A program made the translations under genes and the position numbers. Positions 33,762 to 37,808 of a stretch of 37,808 nucleotides of DNA are shown here, piece after piece; the stretch's first letter is position 1, and each line of letters begins with the position of its first letter. Where the stretch lies: contig DATAFB010000131.1 of the NCBI GenBank assembly GCA_036257695.1, positions 1-37,808 of the forward strand, in the 5' to 3' direction. The notes under the pieces are model-generated. The model saw nothing but the letters and a program-made list of their open reading frames with translations, searched no databases and was not told the DNA's origin. This DNA is from Solirubrobacterales bacterium (GTDB lineage: Bacteria; Actinomycetota; Thermoleophilia; Solirubrobacterales; 70-9).

Positions 33762-33844
33762 TCAAGTCAATGATCAGCCGGCCGGCGTGCCCGCCGGCAC
33801 ATACCCCCCGGCGGGCCGGGGCCCGCGACACCCCGGCCCGCCGC
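33762..33844 (+). repeat. Copy A of an ~85-nt double-hairpin repeat
   Basis: TCAAGTCAATGATCAGCCGGCC, then hairpin 1 (GCCGGCG-TGCC-CGCCGGC, 33781-33798), then ACATACCCC, then hairpin 2 (CGGCGGGCCGGGG-CCCGCGACA-CCCCGGCCCGCCG, 33809-33843). It ends 40 nt before the phoD-like ATG. Confidence 0.85.
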
Positions 33845-33884
33845 ACTTGCGGCCAGGTAGTACCTCGAGCCGCCGCGATCGCAC

Positions 33885-35570
33885 ATGAAACCTGGCCTTG
33901 GCTTAAGACGTGTAGACTCGCGGCCCTTGCAGGGTGGGAGGGTCGCTTTAGTTCTCGTCGTGAGCGCCGTCGCGGCGCTCGCGATTCCGAGCGCGGCAAA
34001 CGCCGCCAAGTTCACCTTCGGCGTGACCGCGGGCGAGATTACCTCGAAGTCTGCGCGCATCTGGGGTCACGCAACCAGTAAGGGGAAGGTCAAGGCGGAG
34101 GTTGCGAAGGACAAGCGCTTCCGCAAGCTCGAGGACAAGGCGAAGGTCAAGGCGAAGAAGTCCAAAGACTTCACGGTCCAGAAGACGATGCGGGGCCTGA
34201 AGCCGGGTAGGAAGCACTACTACCGCTTCTGCAAGGGCAAGAAGTGCAGCGAGCGGGGCACCTTCGAGACCGCGCCGAAGCCGAAGCGCTCGAAGACGAT
34301 CAGGTTCGCGTACTCGGGCGACACGGATGCAAACCCAACCGCTGGCGAGACGGAGCCGTTCTGGGGTCACATGCTCGCCTTCAGGTCGATGCTGGAGGAG
34401 AAGAACGACTTCAACATCCACATGGGCGACACGATGTACTCCGACTCCGAGGTGCCGGAGCCCGGGCCGCTCGCGCTCACCCGGGCGCAGAAGTGGGCGA
34501 AGTACAAGCTCAACCTCGGCGAGCCCAACCTCACCAAACTGCGCAGGTCGGCCGGCTTCTACAGCCACTGGGACGACCACGAGTTCATCAATGACTTCTC
34601 ACCCAACCAAGACAGCTTCACCCCCTCGGGATTCGCCGAGCCGATCACGCTGGACGGAGAAAAGATCTACAAGGCCGGCCAGCAGGCGTTCCGTGACTAC
34701 GCGCCGGTCACGTTCAACAAGAAAGAGGGCATCTACCGCACCTTCCGGTGGGGCAAGAACCTGCAGCTGTTCTTCATCGACGAGCGCTCGTTCCGCTCCG
34801 CCGAGGCCTGGGTGGGAGGAACGTGCGACAACCCCGCGACGGGGCTCCCGGACCTGGCTCCGACGATGCCCCCGAGCCAGCGGACGTTCTTTTCGGTACG
34901 CGTCCCGTCGCTCGCCGAGCCGGTCTCCCAGGCCTGCAAGGACGCGATCACCGACCCGAGCCGGACGATGCTCGGCAACCGCCAGTACAAGCGGTTCGTC
35001 GACGACGTCGACGACTCGAAGGCGCGCTGGAAGCTGGTCGTCAACGAGATGCCGATCCAGCAGATGTACACGGGGGTGCCGTTCGACAACTGGGAGGGCT
35101 ACGCCTTCGAGCGCGTCAAGTTGCTCGAGGAGCTTCAGGCCCGGGGCGTCGATCGCCTCGCCTTCCTGACCACCGACGTGCACGGAGCGCTGGAGAACGT
35201 GATCCGCCTGCGGACGTGGCCGGACGACGTGGCGCCAAGCAACGCCCCGGCGCAGCCGCAGGACACGCCATACCACGACCACGTCGTCGGTCCGGTGTCG
35301 ACGAAGACGTTCTGGGGGGAGGTTGACGATGAACCCGGGGTTCCCGAGAACTCGGGCGCTCTCGTCTCGGAGCTCTTCTTCACGCCGCCCCCGACGCAGA
35401 ATCCGTCAGGTGGCGGCCTCGGAATGTCGTGCGACCAGGGTGGCGTCAACAGCTACGCCGAAGTCACGGTCAGCAAGGAGTCCGTGACGATCGAGTACAA
35501 GGATGAGAACGGCGGACCGGTCCTCGATACCAGCGGCAATCAGTGCGGTCCATACGTGCTTTCGGGCTAG
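33885..35570 (+). CDS. phoD: Secreted PhoD-like alkaline phosphatase/phosphodiesterase
   Basis: Signal peptide and a PhoD_N-like domain (FGVTAGEITSKSARIWGH...YYRF...GTFETAP). The metallophosphatase core includes WDDHEFINDF. Confidence 0.85.
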   Translation: MKPGLGLRRVDSRPLQGGRVALVLVVSAVAALAIPSAANAAKFTFGVTAGEITSKSARIWGHATSKGKVKAEVAKDKRFRKLEDKAKVKAKKSKDFTVQKTMRGLKPGRKHYYRFCKGKKCSERGTFETAPKPKRSKTIRFAYSGDTDANPTAGETEPFWGHMLAFRSMLEEKNDFNIHMGDTMYSDSEVPEPGPLALTRAQKWAKYKLNLGEPNLTKLRRSAGFYSHWDDHEFINDFSPNQDSFTPSGFAEPITLDGEKIYKAGQQAFRDYAPVTFNKKEGIYRTFRWGKNLQLFFIDERSFRSAEAWVGGTCDNPATGLPDLAPTMPPSQRTFFSVRVPSLAEPVSQACKDAITDPSRTMLGNRQYKRFVDDVDDSKARWKLVVNEMPIQQMYTGVPFDNWEGYAFERVKLLEELQARGVDRLAFLTTDVHGALENVIRLRTWPDDVAPSNAPAQPQDTPYHDHVVGPVSTKTFWGEVDDEPGVPENSGALVSELFFTPPPTQNPSGGGLGMSCDQGGVNSYAEVTVSKESVTIEYKDENGGPVLDTSGNQCGPYVLSG

Positions 35571-35572
35571 TT

Positions 35573-35657
35573 TCAAGTCAAATGATCAGCCGGCCGGCAT
35601 CGCCGGCCGGCGCATACCCCCCGGCGGGCCGGGGCCCGCGACACCCCGGCCCGCCGC
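35573..35657 (+). repeat. Copy B of the ~85-nt double-hairpin repeat
   Basis: The 5' block is the same as copy A with one extra A. Hairpin 1 differs in sequence but still pairs (GCCGGCCGGC-ATC-GCCGGCCGGC, 35589-35611). A 45-nt block including hairpin 2 (35622-35656) is identical to copy A. It starts 3 nt after the phoD stop and ends 37 nt before the cytochrome c ATG. Confidence 0.85.
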
Positions 35658-35694
35658 CCTTTGTCCCAGGCGGAGATAGGATCCGCGCTCCTGC

Positions 35695-36066
35695 ATGAGC
35701 AAGCGAACGTTCTTCATCTTCGGGATCGTGGTCGTGTTCTTCGGCCTCCTGCTCCCGTACTGGGCGATCAGCAAGGAGGGCGGCGAGAGCGCATCCCCGG
35801 AGAAGGTCGCCGCGAGCGACGAGGCGGCCAAGGAGCTGTTCCAGACCAACTGCGGCGCCTGCCACACGCTCGCCCGCGCGGGCACCGACGGCATCGTCGG
35901 CCCGAACCTCGACGATCTCCTCGGGCAGGGGACTCCGGAGGCCAACAAGCAGCGGGTGCAGACGGCGATCGAGAACGGCGTCGACGGCCGGATGCCGGCG
36001 GGCATCCTCCAGGGCGAGAACGCGGAGCAGGTCGCCGACTTCGTCGCCCGCGTCGCCGGCCAGTAG
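35695..36066 (+). CDS. Membrane-anchored class I c-type cytochrome
   Basis: N-terminal TM helix (FFIFGIVVVFFGLLLPYW), haem-binding CGACH, and a distal Met region (GRMPAG). Confidence 0.85.
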   Translation: MSKRTFFIFGIVVVFFGLLLPYWAISKEGGESASPEKVAASDEAAKELFQTNCGACHTLARAGTDGIVGPNLDDLLGQGTPEANKQRVQTAIENGVDGRMPAGILQGENAEQVADFVARVAGQ

Positions 36067-36137
36067 CGGCGGCGTGAGCGCGACAAGCCCTCGAGGCGGC
36101 GGGCATACCCTCGCAAAGGTAGGCCCGCACCGCGTCT

Positions 36138-36172
36138 AATCTGCTACGCTCAGACTCAGATTTTGTGCTGAG
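36138..36172 (+). promoter_or_regulatory. A/T-enriched inverted repeats upstream of dnaK (AATCTG-N13-CAGATT; CTCAG...CTGAG)
   Basis: They lie 27-60 nt upstream of the dnaK GTG. They do not match the HAIR (CTTGAGT-N7-ACTCAAG) or CIRCE consensus. This is only a candidate operator/promoter region. Confidence 0.2.
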
Positions 36173-36198
36173 AACGAAGCGAATGTGGAGGACTGAAA

Positions 36199-37808
<1,610 letters not shown>

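Noticed and set aside
33762-33844. The repeat as a known riboswitch (guanidine/mini-ykkC-like two-hairpin RNAs were considered)
   Set aside because: The loop sequences (TGCC/ATC and CCCGCGACA) do not carry the conserved ACGR loops or other signatures I can recall for those classes. An Rfam scan is still needed.
33762-35657. The repeat pair as an integron cassette boundary (attC), IS element or MITE carrying phoD
   Set aside because: There is no integrase or transposase in the window. There are no GTTRRRY/RYYYAAC core sites, and the copies are direct rather than terminal inverted repeats. I could identify no target-site duplication.

Overview
Densely coding, very GC-rich chromosomal segment that looks actinobacterial; the taxon is a guess from gene content and codon bias. 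I saw no transposase, integrase, CRISPR array, rRNA or recognisable defence genes. Left to right the window holds: an SDR fragment, lgt, and a soluble GAF histidine kinase with a NarL-type regulator. Next is a nine-gene, translationally coupled type II fatty-acid synthase operon (fabD-fabH-fabG-acpP-fabF-carboxyltransferase-SGNH hydrolase-MaoC dehydratase-fabI). A minus-strand sugar uptake operon follows (ROK regulator, binding protein, single-domain ATPase, permease, Gfo/Idh/MocA oxidoreductase). Then come tRNA-Glu(UUC), argF, an EEP-family protein, two small helical proteins, an M3-like metallopeptidase, and a coupled rlmD-LLM oxidoreductase-secreted GH5 trio. After these there is a 59-aa zinc-ribbon ORF missing from the ORF track. 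The most interesting block is a minus-strand operon at 25.3-30.0 kb: a PAP2_C/IPC-synthase-like protein, a CDP-alcohol phosphatidyltransferase, myo-inositol-1-phosphate synthase, a GT4::PHP phosphoesterase fusion, and a UDG-fold protein with diverged catalytic motifs. It reads as a self-contained inositol (glyco)phospholipid cassette, and the PHP domain is a candidate for the unassigned phosphatase step. Further right are a frameshifted alpha/beta hydrolase, nth, and a visibly lower-GC trio of secreted phosphoesterases (GDPD, class B acid phosphatase, PhoD). The PhoD gene is bracketed by two copies of an ~85-nt double-hairpin repeat. The window ends with a membrane-anchored cytochrome c and the 5' part of dnaK. 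Many long ORFs in the track are antisense or out-of-frame artefacts of high GC and were not called.
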